DNA from: Paraspadella gotoi
Taxonomy: Eukaryota; Animalia; Chaetognatha
Assembly (NCBI GenBank): GCA_051294375.1
Contig: CM119267.1
Location: 8,249,951 to 8,313,950, forward strand
DNA length: 64,000 bases
Direction: 5' to 3'
Under the pieces are notes generated by a model that had not been told where the DNA came from, did no database searches, and saw only the letters and a program-made list of their open reading frames with translations. Positions 9,997 through 23,200 of the stretch are shown here, piece after piece. Each line of letters begins with the position of its first letter. Positions within the stretch are counted from its first letter, which is position 1. Both the position numbers and the translations under genes were made by a program.

Positions 9997-12900
9997 TCTA
10001 AATCTTCTCTCCTGAATTCCGTCAATGTTCTCACGACGCGCGGGACGGTTTCTGTCAACATTCCTCGAAAGGTCTAGTTCTCCCAACTCCCTTCTTCCTC
10101 CCTTCTTCCTCCGTCCCCTCCCGATTTTTAGATGGGGGACTAAAGAATTAAAGATGCGAAGAAAAAAGAAATAAAGAACTTGAAACGGAAAAAAAAAAAG
10201 AGAACGAGGAAAAGACGATCAATAAACAAAGAAGATTTCGATTTCTTATCAGTGCAGTATCGCTACCACTCCAACGACCCTCCATACCACCCCTTTCACA
10301 ATCACCGGCGACTCCGAACGTCCCTCGCTAACACTTCCTAAAAGTGAAGAGTGCAATCGGTTAAATCAAGGAACAGATGGTCAAAGGATCAATGGCGAAA
10401 AAAAAGAGGAGACTCTCTCCCGTCGAAAGGTCATCTCGGCGGCGGCGGCGGCGGCGGCAGCGTTAGCGATTGAACTCGGGTTATAGGGGGGGGGGACGCT
10501 TTGGGCGTTCGGACTGCCCGAGGTGCGGACATAAAGAATATTTTTTCTTCAGATAAAGAATATTGCATATTGTAAGGATCTATAATTTGATGCAAGAAAT
10601 AATTCAATACGACACGAAAGCCAGAAGGTTAAGAATTGAAATTTGAAATTTTTGAATCGAACCTTTTTCGATTCCTGTGATTTTTTTAGACTGGAATTTC
10701 CGGCGCCGATTCTCTTCCACTCAGCTCAAACAAAAAAGTCGTCCTTGTTTGGTCGCGAAAGAAACCACAAAGAAAAGGGAGGGATGAGAAAAAGAGCAAA
10801 AGGGAAAGGGATGGGATGTGATAATGGGAAAAAAGATGGGATGTGAAAATGGAAAAAAGGGATAAGATGTGAAAATGGGAAAAAGGGTTGGGATGTGAAA
10901 ATGGGAAAAAGGGATAAGATGTGAAAATGGGAAAAAGGGATGGGATGTGGATGGAGAAGAGATGGAGAAGGCAGAAGGAAAGGGAGGCAGATGGGAAGGT
11001 AATGGGAAATTTGATGAAAAGTAAATGGGAAGTGACAGGTATGAAGTAGAACCGAATGGGTAATGTAAGAACAATTAAATGAAAAAAAAAGACGTAAGAA
11101 TAGTAAAAATGAAAAATAAAAAAAAATAAAAAAAATAAATACGATGTAAATTCCTAAATAGGAATCAAACAATCAATAAATGGGAACTAAACGATCAATA
11201 AATGGGAAGTAAATGATCAATAAACGAGAACTAAATGATCAATAAATGGGAAGTAAATGGGATGGAATTTCCGAGTTGACGAAGTTGACCTTTTTCAGAC
11301 TCAAAATTCCTCGGCGGGGGAAAAAAAAAAACTTTTTGAGGCGGATCCGAAGAAAACAGAAGGGAGAGGACGATCGAGGGAGTGCAAGGGTGTGGAAGGC
11401 TCCGGACTCCGGAGTGAATAAAAAGAAAGGTTTGGAAAGCGATCGGGTGTGCTCCGTGCAAGGATGAGAAGAGAAGGTTGGGCCGAAGTTGTCGGGATTG
11501 ATAAAAAAAAAAAGGTTTCGCCCGGGATGTACGGAGATTAAAAAAGTGTTTGACGGAGAACGGTGCAAGTGTTGAGTGAGCAGATGTTTCTCCCGTGAAT
11601 AATAAACTTGAACAACTGAGGTTCGGTTCGAAAAGGGGCGATCGGAAAACCCTAATTTTGGGTAATTAAAGAGAGAGAAGGGCAGGGACTGGACCGGTGC
11701 CCAATTAGAAAATTACTAATTAGTAATTTCTGACATAAGAGAACGGAGCGAACTGAACTAATGAAAAATATCGGGACCAAAGTTCATTCCAAAGATTTTA
11801 AAAATGTTTTGTCAAATTTTCCTTAATCTTTAGCCCGAGGAGTTAAAAGATATGTATTTTTTGAACAAACAATTTATTTGATTTGTTTATTGTATTAAAC
11901 GTTCGTCTTTAACTTACTTTGGCGTAGTCCAGCGGTCGCCGATCCTCCGGACAAACGAAAACTCCATCGCTGTAAGAAAAGAAAATGGGAAAATATTATT
12001 ACTAAAATTAAGCAACAGACCGACTGAGTTTTTTATTCTTTCAAAATTAAAAAAAAATTTAGAACGTGGGAAGTGGCAGTATTGAAAAGCGTCTTATTTT
12101 CTTAGTTTGCAACAATGAGTTTGGCAACTGGCAACCGGCACTTGGCAACTGCCCAATCCTTTATATCTCGCCCGTACAACCGTCGGATTCGAGTAAGTCC
12201 GTTGGCGAGCGAAGGTTTTTGTCACCAGAGGCGCCGAGTCGTCTCAAGCGACGAGGATGTGGTCGGGGACGCTTTGAAGTCGATGTCATTGTAATTTCAA
12301 GTAATGATTGCTGATAGAAACGTGTTGTCATTTAACATTCGAACCATATGTCATTTAAAATTTGTAAATATTTTGATTGATGGACAGCTTAGATTTGCGT
12401 CGAATTGAGTAGGTATTCAATGTCAAACAAACGTAATCTATCTTGTCGAAACAAAATGTTTATGAAATTGGTACAACCAATATAAAAATTATCCATTCAT
12501 TTAATAAATAAGCTATCTTGCCCCTGACTTTGGACAGGCTTTGGTGGTTTAAGGCCACCATCACTCTTACAAGATAATGACATAGCAGGTCCCTGCAAGC
12601 TTTCAATCAAGACTCTCTCACAGTCTCGTTTATTCACTCCCAGAGTACCTGGCTTCCCTATCAATGAAGTGGAAAATATTTCAAAGAATGTTTCAATTGT
12701 ATGAAAAGACCACTCCCTTAAGTATTAGATCGGGGAATACTTATTGTACTCCGCACTAGCATCAAAATACGAGATGAGATAAAAAAACAACTTAATTAAT
12801 AATTAGTTTAATCAAATGAAATGTTTCATTCAGATGCTCGACATCGTCAACGTCTATTTCTTCTGCACTTCATCGCGAACGTTTTGTCAATTCGCGACTC

Positions 12901-13560
12901 AGAGCGAGAAAAGTGAAAGACTCTTTTGGGGGCAAGAATCTACCCACTCTCTCTTTCTCTCTCTCTCTCTGGATTAGCTAACTTGTCGACACTTGTTGGG
13001 TCGACGAAGGCTGTCAATTCCTCCTTTCCGCTTTTCTTCGTTTCTATTTCATCGGAAAGGTGTCTCGGGGGTGAATGAGTGAGTCAAGGGTTGTTGTTAT
13101 TGTTGTTGACCCCGCTCGAGGGGAAAAAAAAAAACTCTTGGTCGGAGAAAAACATCCGTGAAGATTCATTATCGGACTTTTATTCATATAGATAATTCAT
13201 TTGTTACGTGTCTATTGATTTATATTTATTATTTGTGGCCTTTCCTTCTCACTAATCATAATTCGTCCCCTAAAATTACAAACTCGAATTCGTTCTTGCA
13301 ATTTTTCTCAAATACAATTTAAAAGTAACTAAGAATCAACTTTGTAAAATAATTTTCAGAAATCTAAATTAAATCTTATATTTTTTTTCTAATACAATTT
13401 AAAAGTAACGACTAAGTCACAGTCAATTTGTAAAATAAATTAAAACGTTTCAAATATTTTAAAATATGATTATTTTTTAAAATATCCGTAAAGTAGGGTA
13501 AATATTTGTCAGGCCTAAGCACTCATCGACGTCAGCTTATTAATCCTCGACGTTATCAAT

Positions 13561-13597
<37 letters not shown>

Positions 13598-16472
13598 ACG
13601 TCCGCGCGGTCATCGTCTTTGTTTATGATTCAGGGTTTATTAGTTGGGAGATTATATTGGGATTTTTGCGTATAAATTATTTTAACTTAAAAATATACTA
13701 AGTTAAACCACTGGCAGGGAGACAGACCGACAAATTGACCAACACACGTAATATAAGTTAATTTAACCGAGTAAGCCTTTCTAGAAAATGCCATCTCAAT
13801 TTTGTTCTGAAACAAGTAGGAGCTGAAGTTTAATTCTTCGTTTTGTTATTTTTACTTGCAAGTCAAACATAGTTGGGATTCCGCAAATTGAGAAAGGAAA
13901 GGGCGAATAGAGAAAAAAAAATATTAAGATTTTGTTTTGGATTAAAAGAAAATCTTATTTTCGTTCCCACAATTTAATTTTAATAAAGGTTTTCAACGTT
14001 TTGATCTATCTCTCTTTCTTAACCACTGTGATACCCTATGTCTCCTTGTTTGTCAACAAAAAACGGGTGGTTTGAATTATTCAATGATTTTACATACTCA
14101 AAAAATGCATAATTGGTAAGAGAGTTTCAGAAAAGTTGTGAAAAGATAACGTCTTCTGACCCTAAGGCTAATTGGCCGAGTATTTATGGAATTTAAAATG
14201 ATAAATCAGATATATAACAAGTCAGAATGATATCGAATTAATGAACAATTTGAAATAAAAATAAGGAAAAAGTGCGTTCTGAATAACAAGACAATCCCCT
14301 TTCTGTCGAATGACGTGACGATTGACTTAAAATCTCCCACTGCTACTTTTTAAACACGAGAACTGTTGTGGTCTCCAGAAAGAATTTATGAAATTCAGTC
14401 ACGAAACGACGATCATAAAGAAATAATAAAAAAATAATGCAAAAATGAAAAAAAATCAGAAAATAAAAGGAATGAAAAAAGGGGGTGAAAATATACTGTA
14501 AAATTGTAAATATATAAATATGATTTGACAGAATAAAGTGGAGCTAATAAAGTAGACAATCTGGCATATAGACGAACGCGAAACCAATGAAAAGGGGCTG
14601 AGAGAAAGAAAAAGCGAAGATTAAAATTGGGAGATGTAATCGTGTTCCGTGAGAAAAGACAGATCTGTATTTTAATTCAGGACGCTATATTTACAAATAT
14701 ATTATACAGCCATGCCAATTCTCTTGGTCTAAATTCTAACCCTAAGTAATTAACTCTTAACCCTCACAGAATTTATTTCTATTTTCATGCAAATTAAATT
14801 TTAAGTCGAAAATCTCTCGCGTTTGTTCGGGTATTCGATCGTTTTCAAAGTTTCACGGAATCCATTGATTCTCTGTTGGTTCCTCAAACAAGAAATCCGT
14901 CCCTCAGCTGTGATTTTAGGAAAGAGTGTGAATCAAAAGGATTTTGTTCTAAAGAATGTGATGACGAAGATTCTTTCTCTCATCTCTCTCCGTCTCTCTC
15001 TCCGTCTCGTTCTTTCCCTCAATCCTTCCCATTCACGATTTTCTTCTTGCTTGACCAAATAAGAAGGAACTCCTCAACCCAATGCCACGTTTTCATTTGA
15101 AAAAAAATTAAAAAAAACTGAACGATTGAAACGAGAAGTTTATCATAGATTAACGTATTACATTTTATTACATGAAATCATTCCCCGCAAAGGTTTTTCC
15201 TCCCTCCCTTTTCGCGAAGCAAAGGATCGGCTCCGTTTCCGATTTCGAAAATACAAGACTTTTCCATCGCTGAAACCAATTCTGTGGTCGAGCTTTATTT
15301 TTCGTTCCTACTTTAATTTTTTTTTTCTCCAGCCAGCCCATTTGTCTTTTGACTTCAAAGCGCACCTCACTTTTTCATTCCTTTTAGTCTTTAGACTTCT
15401 TTTCAAATTTCTTTTTAATTTATTTTAAATCGTAACTTCCTCTGACTCTCGTCGCAAGTTTCTAAAAACGCCCTATTTCTGTTCCCTAATCCTTAAATCT
15501 AATAATAATATTATTATCATGATAAGCATATCTCTGAACAAACTTTTTTCTCCAATCCCTAATCTTAATCACTAACCTTATCCCCCTAACCCAAAAGGCT
15601 TATCACTAACCGAATCCTTAACCTATTTTTTATCATTAACCTATTTTTTAACATTAACCTATTTTTTATCATTAACCTATTTTTTATCATTAACCTATTT
15701 TTCCCTCAATATCGTCTTAAAGACGTTGCACTTTTATGGCGACCGTTCGTCTCGTAAAACTACAATGACGTAAAATATTGCTGGTGATTTTTGTTTTTCA
15801 TTGTCCTTTTAATAAGCGTAGCTTTATTATTTTTGTTGGTCTCAGACCTCCACCCAAGCACCCGCCCTTCTGCCCCTCTTCGCCTCGAGACACGAAATCT
15901 GCCCTTTTCGTTGCCACAATTTTGTACTGTAGTCGGAATCGTCGTCTTCGTCGTTGTCGGTCATCGACTTCTTCTATTCATCTTGCATAAAAGATAATAT
16001 ATAATCATTGTATCCCTTTGTGTATTTGACGATCGATATAATTTCGCTGTCATCTTTAGTCGTCCCTTTAGTCGTAATCCAAAGCGCCTCGTTACGTTAA
16101 TTAGGCATGAAAACCGTTTTTATTCAAAACTTTAATTGCGAGAAAAATGTTCTGCGAAAAAAAAAAAACCGGATCTTAGCTGCGATTTGGTTTCCCTCTT
16201 CCTTCATTGACGCTCGCTATCGAAGGCAGGAGACATAGAATCCTTCGCAACCACCATCCCCTTAAAAACTCAATCGTCCGTCAGCTCAGTTTCACTCCAT
16301 CGCTCTTCCTGCCTCCTCTCATCTTAAGGCGTCCCACATGAGCAGCAAATTCATGAGGAGATAAACCAAAGGCGACAAATTCTTGACCTTTTCTCCTTTT
16401 TTTTATTTTTTTACTTTTCGATCGAACATTTTTGTGGTTTTTTTTTTCTGCAGGAAACAAGTCGTCTTTCTT

Positions 16473-16528
<56 letters not shown>

Positions 16529-18601
16529 CTTCCGACAGATTATTTTCTTAGCTCGCGAACTAGAACAGTATTTAAATACCAACATCTCAGAGTGATTGAA
16601 AAAAAAGAGAACATTTAAAAAATACAGGGTTTTGATATTTGGAGCGATCGTTGATGACAAATCCCTAATTTCGTAAAAATTTTAACGCTATTTCTTAAAG
16701 AAAGAGACAAGAAAAAGGAAAAAGAAAATATTCGGTAGGCAGGCGAAATAAAAAAAAGGTTAAGACATAAATCGATATTGAAAATGAAAAACCTTTACTT
16801 GTTAACTCGTAAACCCGAGGATTTTAAAGGCTGGACAATAAAAATTCGAAGAGTATGACGACACGTGGGACGAAAACAAAAACTAAACAGAATTCTTCTA
16901 AATATTAAGAGATAATATTCATTTTATGAGTTAATTCATCTAAATATTGTTTAAAGAGAAAGAAACGCGAATGCAAAAAAAAGGTGGAGAAAAAGAAGAG
17001 GAAGAGAGGGAAGTAAACAACGAAGGAGAAAAAGAAAACTAAAAATAAAGATAAAAAGGAAAGAGGGAAGGAAAAAAAAGAACAGGTGCGACTCCCTCAA
17101 ATGTCACTCAAGGATCTCGCGGCATCACGCGTTGGGGAAAAATATTTCCGCGCCGAAAAATGACGCCGAAGAAAAAATGGAATGAAGAGAGGAACGGGGA
17201 CGAAGAAGAAAGCGATATGAAAATATAAAAAAAAAGAGAGAAAAAGAATTTTTAAGATCTCGTGTCGATCGCGACAAATTTTTTACATTTTTTATGACAA
17301 CGAAATCTGAACTCGAGAAGATTAAGAGGAAAATTTGACGCCCAGTTTTGGGGGCAAAGAAAGGGCGGGGACAAAAGGTTAAAGGGTTTTCAAAAATGGG
17401 CGGGGTTTAAGGGGATCGGGGGCTGGGGTTAATGACTAATTATCTCTCACTGTTTTGCCATAACTTTGTACTGATTTGAAATCGATCTGTATTCTTTTTT
17501 ATAAGTCGAAAACTCACTGGTTGTCGTTCAGGCTTATTATGCAAATGTTATTTAAATTAATCTACCGAAAAAAAAAGTAATAAGTCGTTTGCGTCAGGAC
17601 TCCTGATTATTAAAATTCCATTTTCCCGGATAACAGCAAAGGAAAAAAAAATAATAATAAAATTCAAAGAAGCTTAAATGAACTATTTTTCCTACTCCAA
17701 TTTCGCGAGACACTTCGCATAATATCGACAATTCAGTACATAAGTGAGTTGAGGTCTATACAGTATACAGTTGCCTAAAGACTTAAGTTATTCCGGCAAG
17801 AAATCATATTGAATCTAGTTTTGTTTTTTTATGCAAGAATTTTGAATATGAGAATCAGAAAGGAGTAAATTTAGAAAAAATTTGAAAAATTGAAAAAGTG
17901 AAGAGAAAAGTTACGAATTCACACGTTCGCTTAAATTAGGTTCTCAGCTTCCTTTCGCCAACAGCACGTTAAACAAACAACGGAAATGCTGACCAACTTT
18001 GTAGCAAACCCGTAATAAAAAAAATCGTTTTATTTTCATTATTTTACTGTTACATTATTAAGGTTGAACACAAACAGCGCATATTCGAAATATGTAGTTA
18101 ATAGATTTAGTAATAGATATACATATATCTCGGGCATTTATTTCGGAAGGGCAAAATTTTATTTTCGCCGACCGGGGTTTTTGGTGTCTTTTGAAAAATC
18201 ATTTAAAAATATTTACTTTAATAAAATTTATTACCGAATTATCCTAACCCTAAACCCTCTTAAACCTAACTACCCCTAACCTGAAACCAATCTTAAACCA
18301 CCCTTGACCCTAACCCCTAAACCCTAAGCCCTAAACCCGGTCGGCGAAAGTAAAATTAACCCAAAAAGCCCATATACATGCAATACATACAATAAATAAA
18401 CAAAACAAAATTCTCGCCATTTTTGTACATCAAAATTTTGGAAAACAAGCCATACCTGAGAAATTGCTGAAGACACGAGTCACAGAAAGCATGACCGCAA
18501 GACGTGATCTTGACCGCATCTTTCATAGGCAACGAGCAGAGCGGGCACGTCAGGGCGGAAGGAACGCCGCCCAATGCTTCCACGCCCGCGTGACCGGGCA
18601 T
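6730..18601 (-). CDS. TRAF4: TNF receptor-associated factor 4 (RING, TRAF zinc fingers, MATH), about 473 aa
   Basis: Exons: 18601-18456 (MPGH...CPLCSLPMKDAVKITSCGHAFCDSCLQQFL), 11969-11918 (DGVFVCPEDRRPLDYAK), 8338-8234 (IFPDEDAD...CIHVAEGCTW), 7919-7596 (TRAF zinc fingers), 7524-6730 (zinc finger, coiled coil and MATH with PFYTHKYGYK, WPF, GYGYPKF). All junctions are GT-AG and in frame, 1422 nt in total. Closely resembles recalled human TRAF4 (CGHRFCDTCLQEFLSEGVFKCPEDQLPLDYAKIYPD). Confidence 0.95.
9008..9558. repeat. (AG)n and (AAAG)n microsatellite / purine-rich tract in TRAF4 intron 2
   Basis: Directly visible simple repeats. A further (AG)n lies at about 9906-9992. Confidence 0.9.
10808..10950. 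repeat. Minisatellite, about 25-bp unit (gatgtgaaaatgggaaaaaggg...)
   Basis: About 5 imperfect tandem copies. A second ~22-bp array (gatcaataaatgggaagtaaat) lies at about 11170-11260. Confidence 0.8.
12461..12732 (-). mobile_element. Dispersed ~270-bp repeat family, full-length copy (unclassified non-autonomous element)
   Basis: Reverse complement of the copy at 19309-19581 with the same ends (CGATCTAATACT... and ...CCAATTTCATA). Confidence 0.8.
15617..15702. repeat. About 18-bp minisatellite (ttaacctattttttatca) x5, preceded by degenerate CCTAA repeats
   Basis: Directly visible tandem array. Confidence 0.8.
18155..18357. mobile_element. MITE-like element: 22-bp inverted repeats around degenerate TAACCC/TAAACCC repeats
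   Basis: Left end aattttattttcgccgaccggg (18155-18176) and right end cccggtcggcgaaagtaaaatt (18336-18357) are 21/22 complementary. Duplicate copy at about 25694-25892. Confidence 0.7.
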
Positions 18602-19308
18602 GTCCCTAAGACTTTGCGCCGAGTCGAGATCGAACAATTTTTGATAATTTTTTTTTTTTGTGTGTATTTCTGTTTTTCTCGAAATTAACTCATTTTGGGT
18701 CTCATTTTCCAATTGTCAAGCCTCGTTCATTTTAATTGTTTGGAAAAATTCTTATTTTTCTCTTTTAATTATTTCTTTTGTCTCATCAAACTTGTTTTCC
18801 GGGAATGATTCATCGGACAACTGGCGTTAGAATTCCAATCCGAGAATTTTTTTTTTCCAAATTAAGGAGACGAAAAGAAACACTTCTCGCTTGAGCCGAG
18901 GAGATGAGGAGGAGGAGCAGGAGGAGGAGGAGGAGAGGAGGAAAAGAAGTTCGACGACGACGACGACGACGGTAAGGACCGCGAGGAGCGAATGTTGGAA
19001 ATTTGGCACAATTGTTGAGATGAAGAAAGATAGAGAGAGATGGAACGAGTTTACTTTTAATTTTCGCAACAACATTCAGCCTTCAGGCAAATCTTTGAAA
19101 TTCCCGAGTCAAATCTGGTTAAGAAAATGGTTCAACCACTATAAGGTCGTAAGAGACAAAGTAAGAAAAAATAAATATAAACTTACTGAAATAATTACTA
19201 CAAATATGCCTTCAAAATATATTCAATATACACCTCATTGTAATTTATTGTTTGCTAAAAAATTAGATATCACTTAAGTTAAGTTGCTTTCAAAGTTTCA
19301 AAAAACTC

Positions 19309-19581
19309 CGATCTAATACTTAAGGGAGTGGTCTTTTCATACAATTGAAACATTCTTTGAAACATTACACTACTTCATTGATAGGAAAGCCAGGTACTCT
19401 GGGAGTGAATAAACGAGACTGTGAGAAAGTCTTGATTGAAAGCTTGCAGGGATCTGCTTTGTCATTATCTTGTAAGAGTGATGGAGGCCTTAAACCACCA
19501 GAGCCTGTCCAAAGTCAGGGGCAAGATAGCTTGTTTATTAAATGAATGGATAATTTTTATATTGGTTGTACCAATTTCATA
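19309..19581 (+). mobile_element. Dispersed ~270-bp repeat family, full-length copy
   Basis: Matches 12461-12732 (reverse), with partial or internally deleted copies at about 21668-21828, 22397-22449, 23728-23891, 35802-36001 (reverse) and 47208-47399. Confidence 0.8.
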
Positions 19582-20291
19582 CGTAAGCTCGTCTTCCGAG
19601 GTTCGAAGCTACACTTTTGTTTCAATGATGGCTGTTTTAGCTGTTATTGTGTAAGAGGGCTCTCGCGACAGAAGTATTTCTTACAAAACAAAAGTTCGCA
19701 CGGAAAACATAAAAGACAAAAATTATTGATGTATAATAAATCATTGTTTTAAACAAAAAATATATATATAAATACATGCAAAATTTTTATAAAATGTTTT
19801 TGTACTTTAGTAGGTTAAAAGAGGATCTGAAGAGGACCCAAAGAGACTGGGCAAATGAGTTTAAATAATGATCGTCCGTAGAAAACAAAACAAATATGTA
19901 AATAAATAATTTCACGTGACAAATCTAGGAATAAAATTTGACAATAATTAATGACGACGTTTTCGCGTTTTTAAGGATCGTGCACGTCGGTCGACGGGAG
20001 ACGCGGTCCGCTCTCCAAGCAAATCCTGGGAAAAATTAACGAAAAATCGTTGCAAACTGAGCATACAGGGCACACTGGGCACACTGGGCACACTGGGCAG
20101 TGGGCACTCTGGGTTAATTACTATAGCGATTCTATAGGATTCTGTCTCGGGTTTAAATTGTTAGAAATCGATTTTTTTTTTAATTTCCCGACGAATAAAA
20201 AAAACCAAAAAAATTTTTTTCTCAGAAAATTAGAAATCGCGTTGGAAACCTCAAAGCTGCCATTCCGGTCATCACAAACGGAAGTTGATCA

Positions 20292-23200
20292 TCACCACCT
20301 TCGATAGTCTTGCGGATGTATGCCCAGGTTTTCCCAATGGATCCAAGCCAATCTCGCCGTCAAGTCGGAGGTGTTCCAAACTCGTTCCCCTTGCCTTTGA
20401 ATCCCTGGCGCCAACATTTTTCTAGAACAGTGGGTCGGAACCTTATAGAAAATCATGGCTGCCGCATGAGGTTGTAAATTTGTTGTTTTTTTTAAACACC
20501 CTCTTTTATTCAATGGCCACCGTTAATCCTAAAGCTACTAATATCTTTAGCAGAAATTCTTCTTTATTTTCCTACTTCTTTTATTCCATATCAAGGTCAC
20601 AAGCTTTTCGACTTACCATCAATAATTTTTTTTAATCTCACTTGTCTCTTAAACTTTTTCAGAGCATCAATCTGATTAACTTGCCACGAACTCGGTGAGC
20701 AAAGATAGCAATTTTAAAACGGATCATATTCGTTACCAAACCATCAAAATTTATACGTACATAACTACATTAAAGGTTTTAAATTTTTTTGGTACAAAAC
20801 CGAATAGCACCGAAGGTCACTGTCATTTTTCTTACCCGAATCAAGGATTGCTTGCAAAAGTCCGATGTAAGCGACGGCGAGTCTGAGAGTATCGATCTTG
20901 GAGAGTCGTTTTTCGTAGGGGAAGCTCGGAACGCGTTGACGAAGCTCTTCAAAGGCCGCGTTGATGCTAAGCATCCGCCTTCGCTCGCGGATGTTTGCCG
21001 CATTACGCTGCACTCTGGAAGGAAAGGAAAAGTTTTTCTCTTCAGACCTGCCTAGAGTGACGCGTTTATCTATAACATGGAAAAGTATGTTTTAAATCTT
21101 AAAATCTTAACTTCACATATATGTAGACATACTGACTTTGGAACGTATGTCGTCATGGAAACGTGAGCGTAGTCGGTGACTGCGCGACTCTGGTCCAGAT
21201 TCACCACACCCAAATCCATCGTTGCGCCATCTGTGATTTTACATTCAGTCTAAATAAAATTGATTCCATTCCACCGCTGGATATTTTAATATTGAGATTT
21301 ACTAGCTTAGTTTACTTTTTATGTATCAGTGACTATACAATATACATATTTTACTACTCTTATTTAATAATTAAAGGAATTTCCAGACCTACCGTTAGGA
21401 GTTTCATTGGTTTTTGTAACTCCGACATTCCGACAACTACCTTGTAATTCCAAGTCGATACTTGTCAGTGTAAGTATTGTTTTTTTTTTCAAAATTTACC
21501 AGAAAAAATTTTGTCATAATTCTCAGACGATTTAACTCACTTGAGGAAGCCGAGCACCGATCGTCGTCTTTTGCGTCGTGATGATTTTCATCGGTTTTGG
21601 AAAACCGGAAATTTTCCACAGGTCGCAAATCCTGTGAGTAAATTAGGTAAATTATTTACATAGCCATAATAAACTAGACTGTGAGAGAGTCTTGATTGAA
21701 AAGTTTACAAGGCCTTGCTACGTTAATATCTCGTAACAGGGAAGCAGATGGTCCAACATAGTCTGTCCAAAGTCAGGGCCAAGAATGAATGAATAATTTT
21801 TTTTTATATTGATTTTACAAATTTCATATTATCATTTACTAATAATACGTTTGTTTTACTATTTTTAGAGAGCTATCTAATTATAAATGTCCTCACGACC
21901 TTCATTTCCTTCCGTTTTCCTTCCTCCTCCTCCTTTTCCATATGTTCTAACCTTTCCTCTTCCTCTTCCGTCCTCCTCCGTTTTGCCGTTGATCAGCGTC
22001 GTTCTTGCCGCCGTCGCCGCCATCGTCGCCGTCGTCGTCGCGCAGCCGTCCGCTGTCATCAAGGAATGCGGCGTCGCTGAGTCGTAACGGTTTTGTAGCT
22101 GCTGCTGCGGTTGCGACTTGGCGCCTGCGTCTGACAGATGCGGCGCCGGTTCTGAAGAATGGGTGAAGATGGAGCCAACGTTGCGAAGCCCGCCGCCGCC
22201 ACCGCAGCCGCCGGATCTGGCGTTGATGTTTTTGCCGCCTCCCCCGTCGTCAACGAATGCGCCCCAAGCTGGCAAAAAAATGGCGCGATCTTCCTCCGAG
22301 TCGAACTGGCAATTCTGAATATGGTGAAGAAACAGAATTTCAGGGTTACCATCTCTTCCTAATGGAAAATCACATGGATCACAGATCATAGATCGCATAG
22401 CCTGTTCAAAGTCCCGGGCAAGCTAGTAGCTTATTTATTAAATGAATGAAAAATAAATGAAGTTTATTAACTTCTAAAAATATTCACAAATACTAGATAA
22501 TATAAAAAAAATAATAGTTAGAATCTTAAAATATATTGTACTAAGTTAAAAATGTTTTTTCTCTTACAAAAATTATTACTTTAATGAAATTAAATCTACA
22601 TTTTCTGATATCTCGAAAAATTTAGTGAAACAAGTAATTTTGTAACTTTCATATATGTATGGCTGTGGGTAAGCATAATGTGAAGCGTAAAGTTTTGGTC
22701 GCTGATTCGAAAAGTATATTTTCTTGTTTGTGTTTTTTTTTTAAGAGAGAAACTTTTGTTTGGTTTTATTCAATTTTATACTTTGTTCCGTTTTTTTATT
22801 TTCACATATTACCCGTCTCACCTGTCCGAAACCGATCTGTTGAAAGTGTTGTTGGATGCTCATTTGTTCGTGAGCGATGCTCATCGCTCCTCTTAGTCCC
22901 GAAGTCTCCGGCGCCGTCAACCGATTCTCGTCCTCGTGGAACGCCGCTTCGACCGTCCCCTTTCCGGCGTCGCGGGCGTCGCCGTGACGATCGACGTCGC
23001 CCGAGAAAGCGAGGTGGGATGCGTGATGGTCGTAATCGAAATCCGGGTTGTGGAGGGCGAGGGAGCGTTTGTGGTGGAGGAGGTTGTGGTGGGCGTGGTG
23101 AGGTTGGGCGAGAGATTCGCCGAATTCTTGAAAACCCGGATGTGGGTGAAGGGCGATGGGAAATTCCTGGTCGCGATCGATCGTCGGTCAGTGAAATTAT

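Noticed and set aside
8923-11172. Phe/Ser/Leu-rich ORFs, and similar ERER/SLSL ORFs at 49400-63500
   Set aside because: They are translations of microsatellites and minisatellites in introns.
18245-18338. True telomere or chromosome-fusion site
   Set aside because: The repeats are short, degenerate, in one orientation and enclosed by inverted repeats.
20066-20113. GGGCACACT x3-4 repeat as a coding HTG repeat
   Set aside because: It is a short tandem repeat downstream of the Fer2 stop, with no supporting gene structure.
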